The notes: generated by a model not told the origin, from the letters alone. 64,000 nt of DNA from an uncultured Alphaproteobacteria bacterium (GCA_942492185.1 CALOEA010000062.1:33459-97458); one strand, 5' to 3'; shown: positions 9,708 through 19,883, counted from the stretch's first letter. Numbers and translations are program-made.

Positions 9708-10041
9708 CGGCGCACCCCCCCCGGCGCGCGGGTCTCCAGGATGGCGTGGGTGAGGGTGTCGCGCGTCATCACGAAGTGGGTGCCGTCCGCCGCATTCCCG
9801 GGTACGCGGGTCGAGGATCGCAGCTGACGGTACCCGCGCAGAGGAAGACCCGGCGGCAACCGCCGAGGTGATGCCAGATCTCCTCGTGCGGCCCCTTGGC
9901 ATTGCCGCGGTCGTGCAGATAGGCGCCCCAGGTGGCGTCGTCGACCGCCTCGGCCGGGCCGGGCCGCGGCTTCGGCTCGCCGCCGTAGTGGAACTCGCTC
10001 TCGTCACGCTCGCCGCAGAAGGGACAGGGAATACGCAGCAT
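9704..10041 (-). pseudogene. soxD: Sarcosine oxidase delta subunit interrupted by a 71-nt extra segment
   Basis: MLRIPCPFCGERDESEFHYGG...WHHLGGCRRVF (10041-9844) and VMTRDTLTHAILETRAPGGVRR* (9772-9704) are in different frames. The stop overlaps the soxA ATG (ATGA). Confidence 0.8.
9773..9843 (-). other. 71-nt segment whose exact removal restores a canonical 88-aa soxD
   Basis: 198 nt (66 codons) lie upstream and 69 nt (22 codons plus stop) downstream. It is flanked by the 4-nt direct repeat CTTC on the coding strand (GAAG at 9773-9776 and 9844-9847). It contains short inverted repeats CGCGGGT/ACCCGCG and CGGGTAC/GTACCCG. Confidence 0.55.
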
Positions 10042-10057
10042 GGGTCTCGCTCTCGTC

Positions 10058-11305
10058 CTAGTGCGCGATGCCGGCGGCGGCACCCTCGTCGATCAGGCGA
10101 CCGCGCGCGAAGCGGCCGAGATCGAAGGGCTCCGAGATGGCATGGTGACGGCCGGTTGCCAGGCAGTGCGCCAGCAGCCAGCCGCCGGCGGGGATCGCCT
10201 TGAAGCCGCCGGTGCCCCAGCCGCAGTTGAGAAAGAGGTTCTCCACCGGCGAGGGACCGAGGATCGGGCTGGAGTCGGGTGCGACGTCGACGATGCCGCC
10301 CCACTGCCGCAGGATCTTCAGGCGGGCGAAGGCGGGAAACATCTCCAGCAATCCGGCGACGATCTTCTGCGTGGTCGGGAAGTTGCCGCGCTGGGCATAG
10401 GAGGGATAGAGGTCGAGGCCGCCGCCGAAGACCAGCGAGCCCTTGTCCGACTGGCTGACGTAGGTGCCGACCGCCGGCGCCATCACCACGGTGTCCAGCA
10501 CCGGCTTGATCGGCTCGCTGACCAGGCCCTGCAGGCAGTAGGAGACCAGCGGCAGGCGGAAGCCGGCCTGCCGGGCCAGCACGCCCGAGTGGCCGGCGGC
10601 GACCATGGCGACGCGCCCGGCCGCGATCGGTCCCTGGCTGGTCTCGACGCCGACGATGCGCTCGCCCTCTTTCAGGAAGCCGGTCACCTCGCAGTTCTGG
10701 ATGATGTCGACGCCCTGGCTGTCGGCGGCCCGCGCATAGCCCCAGGCCACGGCGTCGTGGCGGGCGACGCCGCCGCGCGGCTGGCTGATGGCGCCCCAGA
10801 CCTCCCAGCGCTGCATGTCCAGCAAGGGGAGTTTCTCCTGCACCTGGGCCGGGGTCAGGATCTCGGCATCGACGCCGTTCAGCAGCATGGCGTTGGCCGA
10901 GCGCTTCATCATGTCGAGCTCGCCCTCGGAGTGCGCCAGGATCATCATGCCGCGCTGATTGAGCATGATGTTGTAGTTGAGGTCCTCGGAGAGCCCCTCG
11001 TAGAGCCTGAGCGCCAGGTCGTAGAGCGCAGCACTCTCGGGGTAGAAGTAGTTGGAGCGGATGATGGTGGTGTTGCGCCCGGTGTTGCCGCCGCCGAGCC
11101 AGCCCTTGTCGATCACCGCAACATTGGTGATGCCGTGGTTCTTGGCCAGGTAGTAGGCCGTCGCCAGGCCATGCCCGCCGCCGCCGACGATGACCGCGTC
11201 ATAGGACGGCTTCGGCTCCGGCAAGCGCCAGGCCGGCGCCCAGTCCCGGTGCCCCCGGCGACCCTGGCGCAGGAGGTTGAGGGCGTTGTAGCGGCTGACG
11301 CTCAA
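10058..11305 (-). CDS. soxB: Sarcosine oxidase beta subunit (FAD-dependent)
   Basis: 415 aa, intact. Dinucleotide-binding motif DAVIVGGGGHGLATAYYLA. First gene of the sox operon. Confidence 0.9.
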   Translation of the reverse strand: MSVSRYNALNLLRQGRRGHRDWAPAWRLPEPKPSYDAVIVGGGGHGLATAYYLAKNHGITNVAVIDKGWLGGGNTGRNTTIIRSNYFYPESAALYDLALRLYEGLSEDLNYNIMLNQRGMMILAHSEGELDMMKRSANAMLLNGVDAEILTPAQVQEKLPLLDMQRWEVWGAISQPRGGVARHDAVAWGYARAADSQGVDIIQNCEVTGFLKEGERIVGVETSQGPIAAGRVAMVAAGHSGVLARQAGFRLPLVSYCLQGLVSEPIKPVLDTVVMAPAVGTYVSQSDKGSLVFGGGLDLYPSYAQRGNFPTTQKIVAGLLEMFPAFARLKILRQWGGIVDVAPDSSPILGPSPVENLFLNCGWGTGGFKAIPAGGWLLAHCLATGRHHAISEPFDLGRFARGRLIDEGAAAGIAH

Positions 11306-11508
11306 GGAGAGTCCCCTCGGAGTTGACGGCCCGCGAGACTATCGCGCCGCGCCGCCAAGGCAAGACCGCGGCGCGACCTTCCCTGGCGCCAATCCGTCGG
11401 CGGCTCTCCCCAGCTTCCCCGCTATCCCCAGGCCGTGACGCGCTGTCGCGGCAGGGCCGCGGCGCAGGGAGGCCTGGGGGGTTTTCCGGGGACGAGAGGG
11501 GAGAACCC

Positions 11509-12843
11509 ATGAGCGTGACCACGCCCGAAGCGGTGCGCGACCGCGTGCTCGACGTCGACGAGCGACCGGCGGCGCCGACCTTCCTGCTGCTCAGCCTGCA
11601 GCACCTCTTCGCCATGTTCGGCGCCACCGTGCTGGTGCCGCTGCTGACCGGGCTCAATCCCTCGGTGGCGCTGATCTCCAGCGGCCTCGGCACGCTGCTC
11701 TTCATCGCCATCACCGGCGGGCGGGTGCCGGCCTACCTCGGCTCCTCCTTCGCCTTCATCGGGCCGATCATCGCCGCCTCGGCGCTGGGCGGGCCGGCCG
11801 GCGCGCTGCTGGGCGCGGCGGTGGCGGGGCTGGTCTACGTCACCGTCGCGGCCGCGCTGCGCGCCTTCGGTAGCGGCTGGCTGCTGCGCCTGCTGCCGCC
11901 GGTCGTCGTGGGCCCGGTGATCGTCGTCATCGGGCTCGGGCTCTCCAGCGTCGCCGTCTCCATGGCCACCAACACGGCCGCCGGCGGTCCCTACAGCCTC
12001 GGGCACTTCCTGGTCGCGCTCTTCACGCTCGGCGCCATCTTCGTCTTCACCCTGGTGCTGAAGGGATTCTTCACCGTAGTGCCGATCCTGCTGGGCATCC
12101 TCTGCGGCTATGCCCTGGCCGCCGCCGTCGGTTTCGTCGATTTCTCGCCGCTGCAGGCCGCCGAGCTCTTCGCCATGCCGGACTTCAGCCTCTTCTACGC
12201 CGGGCTGCCCGAGGGCGTCTCCGCCGGCTCGATGATCCTGCTGATCGCGCCGGTGGCCCTGGTCACCATCGCCGAACACATCGGCGACATGGTGGTCCTC
12301 TCGCGCGTCGTGGGGCGCCGATTCCTGGCCGACCCGGGGCTGCATCGCACGCTGCTGGGCGACGGCCTGGCGACCGCGCTGGCATCGCTGATCGGCGGAC
12401 CGCCGAACACCACCTACGGCGAGAACGTCGGCGTCATGGCGATCACCCGCGTCTTCAGCGCCTGGGTGGTGGGCGGCGCCGCCTGCCTCGCCAGCCTGCT
12501 GGGCTTCGTCGGCGTCCTGGCGGCCTTCCTCTCGACCATCCCGATGGCGGTGATGGGCGGCGTCGCGATCGCGCTCTTCGGCGTGATCGCGGCCTCGGGC
12601 ATCCGCACGCTGATCGAGGGCAAGGTCGACTTCGGCGACAAGCGCAACCTGCTGATCGCCTCGGTCATCCTGGTGCTGGGCATCGGCGGCGCGACGCTGC
12701 AGTTCAGTGGCGGCGAGGGCGGCGCGGCCTTTACCGTCTCCTCGATGGCGCTGGCCGCCGTGGCCGGCGTCTTCCTCAATGCCGTGCTGCCGGGCCGCAG
12801 CGAGCGCCACGAGATCGCCGGACCGACCGCCAGCCACGGCTAG
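11509..12843 (+). CDS. uraA: Uracil permease (NCS2 family)
   Basis: The blocks [33 protein letters not shown] and [17 protein letters not shown] match E. coli UraA as I remember it. RBS gaggggaga sits before ATG 11509. Confidence 0.85.
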   Translation: MSVTTPEAVRDRVLDVDERPAAPTFLLLSLQHLFAMFGATVLVPLLTGLNPSVALISSGLGTLLFIAITGGRVPAYLGSSFAFIGPIIAASALGGPAGALLGAAVAGLVYVTVAAALRAFGSGWLLRLLPPVVVGPVIVVIGLGLSSVAVSMATNTAAGGPYSLGHFLVALFTLGAIFVFTLVLKGFFTVVPILLGILCGYALAAAVGFVDFSPLQAAELFAMPDFSLFYAGLPEGVSAGSMILLIAPVALVTIAEHIGDMVVLSRVVGRRFLADPGLHRTLLGDGLATALASLIGGPPNTTYGENVGVMAITRVFSAWVVGGAACLASLLGFVGVLAAFLSTIPMAVMGGVAIALFGVIAASGIRTLIEGKVDFGDKRNLLIASVILVLGIGGATLQFSGGEGGAAFTVSSMALAAVAGVFLNAVLPGRSERHEIAGPTASHG

Positions 12844-14564
12844 GGGCCGGGCGCGCCGCCCGCCAGATCGAGACGGCGAAGCGGGCCGAGCCCCTCCGGC
12901 GCACGGTGTGCCACCAGCACAAAGGTGGTGTCCGGCAGCTCGCGCCGCAGCAGCGCGAGCACTTCCCGCTCGCGCTGCGGATCGAGGGCGCTGGTCGCCT
13001 CGTCCAGAAAGGCCCAGCGCGGCTGCTGCAGCAGCAGCCGCAACAGCACCAGGCGCTGCCGTTCGCCAAGCGACAGCTCCGCGCCCAGCGGTTCTGCGAC
13101 CGGCCGCTGCAGCAGGTGCGCCAGCCCGACCCTGCCCAGGAGGTCGGCGAGCCTCTCGTCGCCCGGCCGCGTCTCCCCCGGGTAGGCCAGGATGTCCGAC
13201 AGGCTGGCGAGCGGCAGATAGGGGCGCTGCGGCAGGTAGCAGGCCGCCTCGGCCGGGCGCAGCACCTCGCCCTGGCCATAGGGCCAGAGGCCGGCCAGGG
13301 CGCGCAGCAGCGAGGACTTGCCGAGGCCGGAGGGGCCGGTCACCAGCAGGTTCTCTCCCGGCGCCAGCGTGAGGTCGAGCGGACCGATCAGCGGCCGGCC
13401 GGACGGCGTCTCCAGCCGCAGGCCCGCCAGGTGGAAGGCCTCGTCGGCGCTGGAGCCGGTCCGCAGCGGCGACCGCCGGGCGGCCGATCCCACCCCGGCG
13501 CAAGCCGCGCGGAAGCGCTCGAGGCGCTGGGTCGTGGCCCGCAGTGCAGCGATTTCGTCGTAGGAGAATATGAAGCCGGACAGCGACCAGACGACCCGCT
13601 GGAAGGTGCTGCGCACCTGCATCAGCCCGCCCAGGGTCAGCTCGCCGGCGATATAGGCCGGCAGGGCGAGAAAGATCGGCACCTGCATGGTCGAGTGCAT
13701 GTAGGGCCAGGTGAAGGTGCCCAGGATCAGCTCGCGCCGGATCAGGCGCCGCCAGTTCCGCACGATGGCGGCGAAGCGCCCCTCCAGCATGCGCCGCTCC
13801 GCCCCCTCGCCGCCCAGCAGGGCCACGGCGTCGCCATCGTCGCGCAAGCGCACCAGGCCATAGCGGAAGTCGGCCTCCACACGCTGGCGCTCGACCTGGA
13901 TGGCCTTCAGCGGATTGCCCAGAAGATGGGCGATGCCGGAGGAGAGGGCGACGTAGAGGCCCGCGGCCCACACCAGGTAGTGCGGCACGACGATGTCGGT
14001 GCCCGCCACCGCGAGGGAGAGCGTCGGCGAAAGCGCCCAGAGCACCGTCACGAAGGAGAGCAGCCCGACGACGTCGGAGACGAACCCGAGCGAGAGGTCC
14101 AGGAGCTTGTCGACGAACAGCCGGCAGTCCTCGGAGATGCGCTGGTCCGGATTGTCGACGGCGCGGTCGCCGCCTTGCAGGCCGAGACGCCAGAAGGCCT
14201 TGTCGGCCAGCCAGCCGTCGAGCATCTGCCGCGTCAGGGCGGTTCGCCAGTGCATCTTCAAGCACTTCTGCAGATAGGTCCGCGAGAGGATCTGCAGTAC
14301 GTAGACGGCGATGATGACGCCGAAGACCCACACCTGCCGCCAGATCTCCGCCGCGTCGAGTTGCTCGAGCGCGTCGTAGAAGTCGGCGTTCCAGTCGATG
14401 ATCCGGAGATTGATGGCAATGCCGGCGCCGATCAGCGCCAGAACGCTCGCCAGATGGAGCGCGCCGACACGCCCCGCCGGAGAGAACCAATAGGGGCGCG
14501 AAAGGCGCCAGAGTGCGCGCAGGAAGGAGATCATCTTTGCCATGGGCCGGGAACGCGGGAGCAC
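12840..14564 (-). CDS. ABC transporter with an SbmA/BacA-type membrane domain fused to an ATPase (YddA/BclA-like)
   Basis: N-terminal membrane-domain blocks [13 protein letters not shown] and [13 protein letters not shown] motifs [16 protein letters not shown] (Walker A), LSLGERQRL (signature) and [10 protein letters not shown] (Walker B). The start is uncertain (GTG 14564 or ATG 14543). Confidence 0.8.
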   Translation of the reverse strand: MLPRSRPMAKMISFLRALWRLSRPYWFSPAGRVGALHLASVLALIGAGIAINLRIIDWNADFYDALEQLDAAEIWRQVWVFGVIIAVYVLQILSRTYLQKCLKMHWRTALTRQMLDGWLADKAFWRLGLQGGDRAVDNPDQRISEDCRLFVDKLLDLSLGFVSDVVGLLSFVTVLWALSPTLSLAVAGTDIVVPHYLVWAAGLYVALSSGIAHLLGNPLKAIQVERQRVEADFRYGLVRLRDDGDAVALLGGEGAERRMLEGRFAAIVRNWRRLIRRELILGTFTWPYMHSTMQVPIFLALPAYIAGELTLGGLMQVRSTFQRVVWSLSGFIFSYDEIAALRATTQRLERFRAACAGVGSAARRSPLRTGSSADEAFHLAGLRLETPSGRPLIGPLDLTLAPGENLLVTGPSGLGKSSLLRALAGLWPYGQGEVLRPAEAACYLPQRPYLPLASLSDILAYPGETRPGDERLADLLGRVGLAHLLQRPVAEPLGAELSLGERQRLVLLRLLLQQPRWAFLDEATSALDPQREREVLALLRRELPDTTFVLVAHRAPEGLGPLRRLDLAGGAPGP

Positions 14565-14607
14565 CCGGCGGCCAGGCCGCCGGGCGCCTCCAGCGTCGCT
14601 GCCCCCC

Positions 14608-16911
14608 TCAGAACTTCAGCGTCAGCGACAGGGTCGCGTTGAAACCCGGCGCGATCCGCGCCTCGATCGGGTTGCCGGCGGCGACCGCGGCGCTCGGTAT
14701 CTCCGGAGTGCCATAGGTCGAGACGGCATTCGCCGGCAGGTACCGCTGATCGAAGAGATTGAAGAGCCCGAGCCGCATCACGATCCAGGGCTCCGGCGTC
14801 CAATAGCCGACGAGATCGAAGACGTGATAGCTGTCGGACGTCAGGTCGCTATCGTCGCTCACCCGCGTCAGGCCCGCCTCGTAGGTGTGGATCAGCTCCA
14901 GGCCCCACACGCCGTCGTCGTAGCGCAGGCCGGTGACCGAGCTGAAGGGCTCCGCCCCGTTGTAGGGAATCTCCTTGGCCCCTTCGCTCGGCACCTGGTC
15001 GCCGTGCTGGTAGGAGAGCGTCGTGCGCGCATAGACGTTGTCGAAGAGACGAACCTCCGCGCTGCCCTCGACACCCCAGATCTCCACCTGCGAGATGTTC
15101 TTGTTGGTGAGATAGAGGATGTTGGGGTCCGGCCCCTCGATCTCCTGGAAGGCGGCGATGAAGTCGTCGTACTTGCTGTAGAAACCGGTCAGCGAGAAGG
15201 CCATGTCGGAGAAGACGGCACGACTGCCGATCTCGAAGGAGCGCACGCTCTCCGGCTTCAGGTCGGGATTGGGGACCAGGGAGAAGAAGGTCCCGAGCGA
15301 AGAGGTATAGAGCTGCTGCGCCGTCGGCGTCTTGAAACCCTCGCTGTAGGCCGCATAGACCGACACTTGGTCCGTCACCTTGAACAGCAGCGAGGCCGCC
15401 AGCAGCAGGTCGTTGTAGGTCGTGTCGCTCGGCTCCAGACCGGGTGCGGACTGGTAGCTTGCATCGGGTTGCGGCGAGATGCCGGTGTGCGTGTAGCGCA
15501 GCCCGGGCGCGAAGACCAGGCGGTCGTCGAAGAAGCCGAACTCTGCCAGGGCGAAGCCGTCGAGGCGCAGCGTGTCGGCCGCAGCGAAGCCCGGCACGTC
15601 GTTGGTCGTCGTGCTGCCGCCGTTCAGGTTCCTGGTCACGTCGACCGAGTCGTAGGAGCCCATGGTGTAGGAGCCGTCGATGCCATAGGTCAGGCGCGTC
15701 GAGATCGCGTCGGTCAGCGCGAAGGCCTTGTCGAACTGGGCTTCGAAGTCGATGAAGTCCTCGGAGTAGTCGCGCAGTGTCGTGCGCTCCTCGAACTCGC
15801 CGCTGGACAGCTCGATCAGGCGCACCGCGGTCCGCTTCACCTCGTGCGGCTGATAGGTGACCTGCCAGGCCAGACTGTCGAACAGCAAGCTGTCGGCCTG
15901 CCAGTCGTGCTCCAGGGAGATGCGCCAGCGGGTCAGCTCCTGCTGATGGTCGTAGTCGCGGATGATGCTGGTTCCGGTCAGGCTGTTGGTCACCGACTCC
16001 TGGTCGACGGAGGTGGTCTGCCGATAGAACTCGCCGGTCAGCGTCAGGCTGTTCGCCTCGCCCTGCCAGACCAGCTTGCCGATGAGATTGTCCGAGCCGT
16101 AGTCCTGCGGGTCGAGGCGGTCGCAGGGGGTGGCGGCGGGGTCGCGCGGGCAGTCACCCCAGATGCCGCCTGCGTTGCGGCCCTTGGTCAGCGCGACCTC
16201 CTGGCCGTCCCAGCGGCTGTAACCGGCCAGCAGTTCGAACTCCTCCACCCGGCCGGCGACGAGCACCGTCTCGTTGAAGGAGTTGTCCAGGCTGCCCCAG
16301 CGCACCGCCGTCTCGCCGCCGAAGGTCTCGCCGGGCGCCAGAATGTCGGAGGGATCGATGGTCTCGTAGCTCACCACGCCGCCCATCGCGTCGCTGCCCC
16401 AGAGGATCGAAGCCGGGCCGGCGATGATCTCGACGCTTCGCAGGAAGGCCAGGTCGACGTAGTTGCGCGTGCCGTCGCCGATGCGCTCGGCGACCCGGTT
16501 GCCGTCCACCAGCGTCAGGACCCGGTTGCCGCCGACGCCGCGGATCTTGAAGGCATCGATCTGATTGAAGGGGTCGGCGCCAAAGCCGCGTGTGACCGTG
16601 ACGCCGGGCGTATAGCGGATCAGCTCCTCGATATCGTTGAAGAGATAGGTCTCCTTGTCCTCGCGGCTGATGACCACGACGCTGGCGGGCGTGTCCTTCA
16701 GCGTCTTGAGCTTGCGCGTGCCGACGACGTTCACGGCGTCGAGGAAGACCGTCCCCAGGATCGCCGCCGCCTCGTCGGGCGGCGGCGGATCGCTGCTCTG
16801 CGCTGCCGCCTGCGGCACCGCCAGGGCGGCCGTGAGCAGCGTGCAGCCGAGCGCGGCGGCGAGGCCGCACCGTCCCCTGCGCAAGGCACATTTCACCGGA
16901 AGGCTGTTCAT
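14608..16911 (-). CDS. TonB-dependent outer-membrane receptor
   Basis: Signal peptide ending AVPQAAAQ, plug blocks ([34 protein letters not shown]), a long beta-barrel, and a terminal ...LSLTLKF. Substrate unknown. Confidence 0.9.
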   Translation of the reverse strand: MNSLPVKCALRRGRCGLAAALGCTLLTAALAVPQAAAQSSDPPPPDEAAAILGTVFLDAVNVVGTRKLKTLKDTPASVVVISREDKETYLFNDIEELIRYTPGVTVTRGFGADPFNQIDAFKIRGVGGNRVLTLVDGNRVAERIGDGTRNYVDLAFLRSVEIIAGPASILWGSDAMGGVVSYETIDPSDILAPGETFGGETAVRWGSLDNSFNETVLVAGRVEEFELLAGYSRWDGQEVALTKGRNAGGIWGDCPRDPAATPCDRLDPQDYGSDNLIGKLVWQGEANSLTLTGEFYRQTTSVDQESVTNSLTGTSIIRDYDHQQELTRWRISLEHDWQADSLLFDSLAWQVTYQPHEVKRTAVRLIELSSGEFEERTTLRDYSEDFIDFEAQFDKAFALTDAISTRLTYGIDGSYTMGSYDSVDVTRNLNGGSTTTNDVPGFAAADTLRLDGFALAEFGFFDDRLVFAPGLRYTHTGISPQPDASYQSAPGLEPSDTTYNDLLLAASLLFKVTDQVSVYAAYSEGFKTPTAQQLYTSSLGTFFSLVPNPDLKPESVRSFEIGSRAVFSDMAFSLTGFYSKYDDFIAAFQEIEGPDPNILYLTNKNISQVEIWGVEGSAEVRLFDNVYARTTLSYQHGDQVPSEGAKEIPYNGAEPFSSVTGLRYDDGVWGLELIHTYEAGLTRVSDDSDLTSDSYHVFDLVGYWTPEPWIVMRLGLFNLFDQRYLPANAVSTYGTPEIPSAAVAAGNPIEARIAPGFNATLSLTLKF

Positions 16912-16931
16912 GACGTCATTCCCCTCGATCA

Positions 16932-16966
16932 GCGTAATTGCGACTGCGACTCATTCGCATTTACGC
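16932..16966 (-). promoter_or_regulatory. 12-bp imperfect palindrome (GCGTAATTGCGA-N11-TCGCATTTACGC, 1 mismatch) in the leader of the TonB-dependent receptor gene
   Basis: Read directly. It lies 21-55 nt upstream of the start codon and just 5' of the RBS (GAGGGGAA), with an AT-rich promoter-like stretch at 17020-17050. Confidence 0.4.
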
Positions 16967-17038
16967 TGCCGATGTCAAGCCGCTCCTGTCGAGCCGCGCC
17001 GTACCGCTCGGCGGCAAGGGGAATAATCTATTTTAATA

Positions 17039-18493
17039 TCAGCTAGTTATAATAGCACGCGTGACGGCGACCGCGCCGTCGTCGCGGGCCTCGAGCGTCG
17101 CCTCGCCCGCGACACGGCGGAGCTCGCTGTGGCTCTCCACGAAGAGGCCCTCGCCGGCGAGGGCGGCCAGCGCCGCCGCCGACAGCCGTGCGCCCCGCCA
17201 AAGGGTGCGACCGCGCGGCACCCGCCAGCGCGCGACCCAGTCCCGCTCGCTGGCCAGTTCGATCCTGCAGAGCCCCGGCCGGTCTCGCTCCGCGGCCAAG
17301 GCCAGCAGGATGCGGCCGAAGCCGCCTGCGGTTGCCCCCGGAGGCAGCCGCAGGCGGGCGCCTCCGGCGGGCAGCGGCAAGACTTCCAGGGCGAGCCGGC
17401 GGCGTGGGAAATGGCGGATCAGGCCCGGCAGGGGCAGGCGCGCTTCCTGCAGCCGTGCGGCGAAGAGGCTGGCCCGCCCCTGGCGGCGCGCCGCCGCCAG
17501 GCGGACGGCGGCGGCCCCCGCCAGCACCCGCCGCTCGTTGCGCCCGCGCAGATCGGTCGGCAGCAGACCCGCCGCCAGTTCCCCGCGCCAGGGCATCGGC
17601 GGCCGGGCGCCGGCCAGCGCGGCCAGCGGCAGGGGCAGCGAGCTCCCGACCTCCGCCGCCAGGAAGCGCAGCGCGAGGCCGACCTGTGCCGCCAAGCGGC
17701 GTGCCGCCACCGCGGCCAGCAGGCGATCGCAGTCGAGCGCCGGCCGGCGCAGCAGCGCGATGGCGTCGGCGGCCCAGTCCAGGGCGTTGCCGCTGGACCA
17801 CTGCACGCCCTGCGCCAGCGCCTGCAGCAGACGGTCCTCAGGCGCGGGGATCAGGAGGGCGCGGCCGACGAATGCGACCGGCTCGGCGGCCGCCCAGATT
17901 GCCGCATCGTCGCCGGCTACGCGGTTCTCCTTCAGCAAGCACCAGTGCAGGTCGATCTCGCCCTGGCCGCCATCGACCAGATTGACCGCGTGGTGCCGCG
18001 CCATCTCGCGCCCCTTCACCCGCGCCATGCGCCCGCCGCTCTGCGGCCGCCACCCGAGGCCAGCCAGCAAGTCGAGCGCCTCGTCGCAGCGGTCCGGCGG
18101 CAGCAGCAGGTCGATGTCGGCGATGTAGCGCTCGCCGGGCGCGGCCTCGCCGGCGGCCAGCGCCGCGCCGCCCTTCAGCAGCAGCAGCGGGATGCCGGCG
18201 CCCACCAGCGCGTCGAGCGCCGGCCCCGCCGCCGCCAGCTTGTGCTGGCCGTTGCTCCAGCAGTAGCGCCGGACGCCGAGCAGGCGCGGCCCGAAGGCTT
18301 CCTGCCGGCCGAGCCTCCCGAGCCGCCCGATTGCCGCCGCCGCCAGGCGCACGCTCGACCAGGGCAGCGCGTCGAGATCGACCGCCGCCTGCCACCCCCG
18401 CCAGAGCGCCGGCACCTCCGCTTCCGGCGCGGCCAGCAGGCGCAGCAGGCGCAGGTCGTCGGCGGAGACCCAGGGCAGCAGGCTTCCGGCCAT
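17039..18493 (-). CDS. Uncharacterised nucleotidyltransferase family protein (NTP_transf_5/PF14907-like)
   Basis: IPLLLLKGGAALAAGEAAPGERYIADIDLLLPPDRCDEALDLLAGLGW matches the family core as I remember it. 484 aa, 5 nt after the preceding GT2. Confidence 0.7.
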   Translation of the reverse strand: MAGSLLPWVSADDLRLLRLLAAPEAEVPALWRGWQAAVDLDALPWSSVRLAAAAIGRLGRLGRQEAFGPRLLGVRRYCWSNGQHKLAAAGPALDALVGAGIPLLLLKGGAALAAGEAAPGERYIADIDLLLPPDRCDEALDLLAGLGWRPQSGGRMARVKGREMARHHAVNLVDGGQGEIDLHWCLLKENRVAGDDAAIWAAAEPVAFVGRALLIPAPEDRLLQALAQGVQWSSGNALDWAADAIALLRRPALDCDRLLAAVAARRLAAQVGLALRFLAAEVGSSLPLPLAALAGARPPMPWRGELAAGLLPTDLRGRNERRVLAGAAAVRLAAARRQGRASLFAARLQEARLPLPGLIRHFPRRRLALEVLPLPAGGARLRLPPGATAGGFGRILLALAAERDRPGLCRIELASERDWVARWRVPRGRTLWRGARLSAAALAALAGEGLFVESHSELRRVAGEATLEARDDGAVAVTRAIITS

Positions 18494-18498
18494 CGCCG

Positions 18499-19185
18499 TC
18501 AGCCCTTGTCGGGGCGCCGGCGCTGCAGCGCACGGCGGATTGCCGCGATGTATGCGGGATGATGGCCATTGCCGCCGAAGGACAGGCTGCGCGGGTGCAG
18601 GCGACGATGCATCAGGACCTCGGGGTGGATCACCGTCTCGACGCCCGCCAGGCGGGCTCGGTCGAACCAGTCGATCATGTCGCCCATCTGCAGGCCGACC
18701 TGCAGCGGCCCGACCCGTGCGAAGACGCCACGACGGGCGAGCAGGCAGGATCGCAGCCAGCCCGCCCGGCTCTCCTGCGGCACCGCGATGGAGGCCCGCT
18801 CCGCCGGTGCCACCGAGGGGCAGAGGAAACAGTCAAAGTGGCAGAGCGCCATCCCGGCGCCCGGATGGGCGGACAGCAGCGCGGCCTGGCGGGCGAGCTT
18901 CTCCGGATGCCAGAGATCGTCGGCGTCGCAGAGGGCGACGAGTTCGCCGCCTGCCGCCGCGATCCCCCGGTTGGTCGCGGCTGCGACGCCGTCCGGCGGC
19001 TGCCGCAGCGCCCTGGCGCCGACGCTCTCCGCCAGGTCTGCCGTGCCGTCGTCGGAACCGTCGTCGACCACCAGGATCTCCAGCGGCGAAAGGCTCTGCG
19101 CGGCGATGGTGGCGAGCGTCTCCCCCAGCGTGCGCACGGCATTGCGCGCCGGGATCACGACGGAAACCTGCGCCGGCGCGGTCAT
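18499..19185 (-). CDS. Family-2 glycosyltransferase (third of three)
   Basis: VSVVIPARN...ILVVDDGSDDGT...CDADD motifs. ATG 19185 overlaps the stop of the upstream GT2 (ATGA). Confidence 0.85.
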   Translation of the reverse strand: MTAPAQVSVVIPARNAVRTLGETLATIAAQSLSPLEILVVDDGSDDGTADLAESVGARALRQPPDGVAAATNRGIAAAGGELVALCDADDLWHPEKLARQAALLSAHPGAGMALCHFDCFLCPSVAPAERASIAVPQESRAGWLRSCLLARRGVFARVGPLQVGLQMGDMIDWFDRARLAGVETVIHPEVLMHRRLHPRSLSFGGNGHHPAYIAAIRRALQRRRPDKG

Positions 19186-19883
19186 CCCTGCGCCACCGCG
19201 CGGCGACGCCGCAGCATCAGGTCGCGCACCGCGCGCAATAGTCCGGCGTAGTAGCCCTCGGCATTGCGCGACGCGTTGGCCGCATGAATGCGCCGCGTCA
19301 GCAGTACCTCCTCGGCCATCGCCGACTCCAGCCCGGCGTCCATCGCGCGGAAGAACCAATCGGTGTCGGAACCAAAGGCGAGGTCGGTGCGGAACAGGCC
19401 GGCGCGCCGAAAGGCGCTGCGGCGCGCCAGCAGGCATCCGGGGACGAAGCCCGGCAAGGGCCGCTCGAGGAAGGCTGGACGGACCCAGTCGGCGCCCGGC
19501 TCATCGAGCGCGACCAGGCGCTGGCGGGCCAGGACCCAGTCGCGGACCGGCGGCCCTGAAGCAGAGCCATCTGCCGGGCGAGCTTGTCTGGCGCCCAGAG
19601 ATCGTCCTGGTCGAGCAGCGCGATGAAATCGGAGCTTGCCGCCTCGATGCCGCGGTTCCGCGCCGCCGCCTCGCCGCGGTTTTCCTGCCGGATCAAGCGC
19701 GCCTCGGGAAAGTGCGCGGCGACCAGTGCGGCACCCTCGTCGCGCGCACCGACGTCGACCACGATGATTTCGACACTTGGCCAGGTCTGGGCCCGCCCCG
19801 AGTTACGCAGGCGATCTTGACGTTGAGAGCGCCGCCTGGTAGAGCGGGACGATGCGGCCACGCTGGGGAACGGTCACCGGCAT
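19182..19883 (-). pseudogene. Family-2 glycosyltransferase (second of three) with three frame changes
   Basis: MPVTVP..IVPLYQAA / LNVKIACVTR / AQTWPSVEIIVVD..RNRGIEAASSDFIALLDQDDLWAPDKLARQMALLQ / PPVRDWVLARQRLVAL..GCLLARRSAF...AVAQG*. The switches are at about 19832, 19795 and 19553. The first and last segments are in the same frame. Confidence 0.75.

Noticed and set aside
8439-10304. 621-aa minus-strand ORF that looks like one long gene across soxA, soxD and soxB
   Set aside because: It is a chimera. Only short stretches (MSQPQRLPS; VKLGTQAAAYYDHNT..ERPI; PPVEAVLIKAAALAAGIEV) are genuine soxA segments that fall in this frame between indels. The rest is out-of-frame noise.
11422-14490. 1022-aa ORF on the minus strand spanning the uraA and ABC transporter region (also 12906..14642 +, 578 aa)
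   Set aside because: It is an Arg/Gly/Pro/Ala-rich low-complexity translation with no family signature. It lies antisense or out of frame to genes with strong motif support, which is a typical high-GC shadow ORF.
16912-17038. Possible cobalamin riboswitch or Fur/Irr/RirA box upstream of the TonB-dependent receptor
   Set aside because: The leader is only ~127 nt, too short for a cobalamin riboswitch. I could not match GATAATGATAATCATTATC, TTTAGAA-N3-TTCTAAA or TGA-N9-TCA convincingly. Only the palindrome is reported.
14542-17046. 834-aa plus-strand ORF opposite the TonB-dependent receptor
   Set aside because: Antisense shadow with a low-complexity RGD/VA-rich translation. The minus-strand gene has a signal peptide, plug and terminal Phe.
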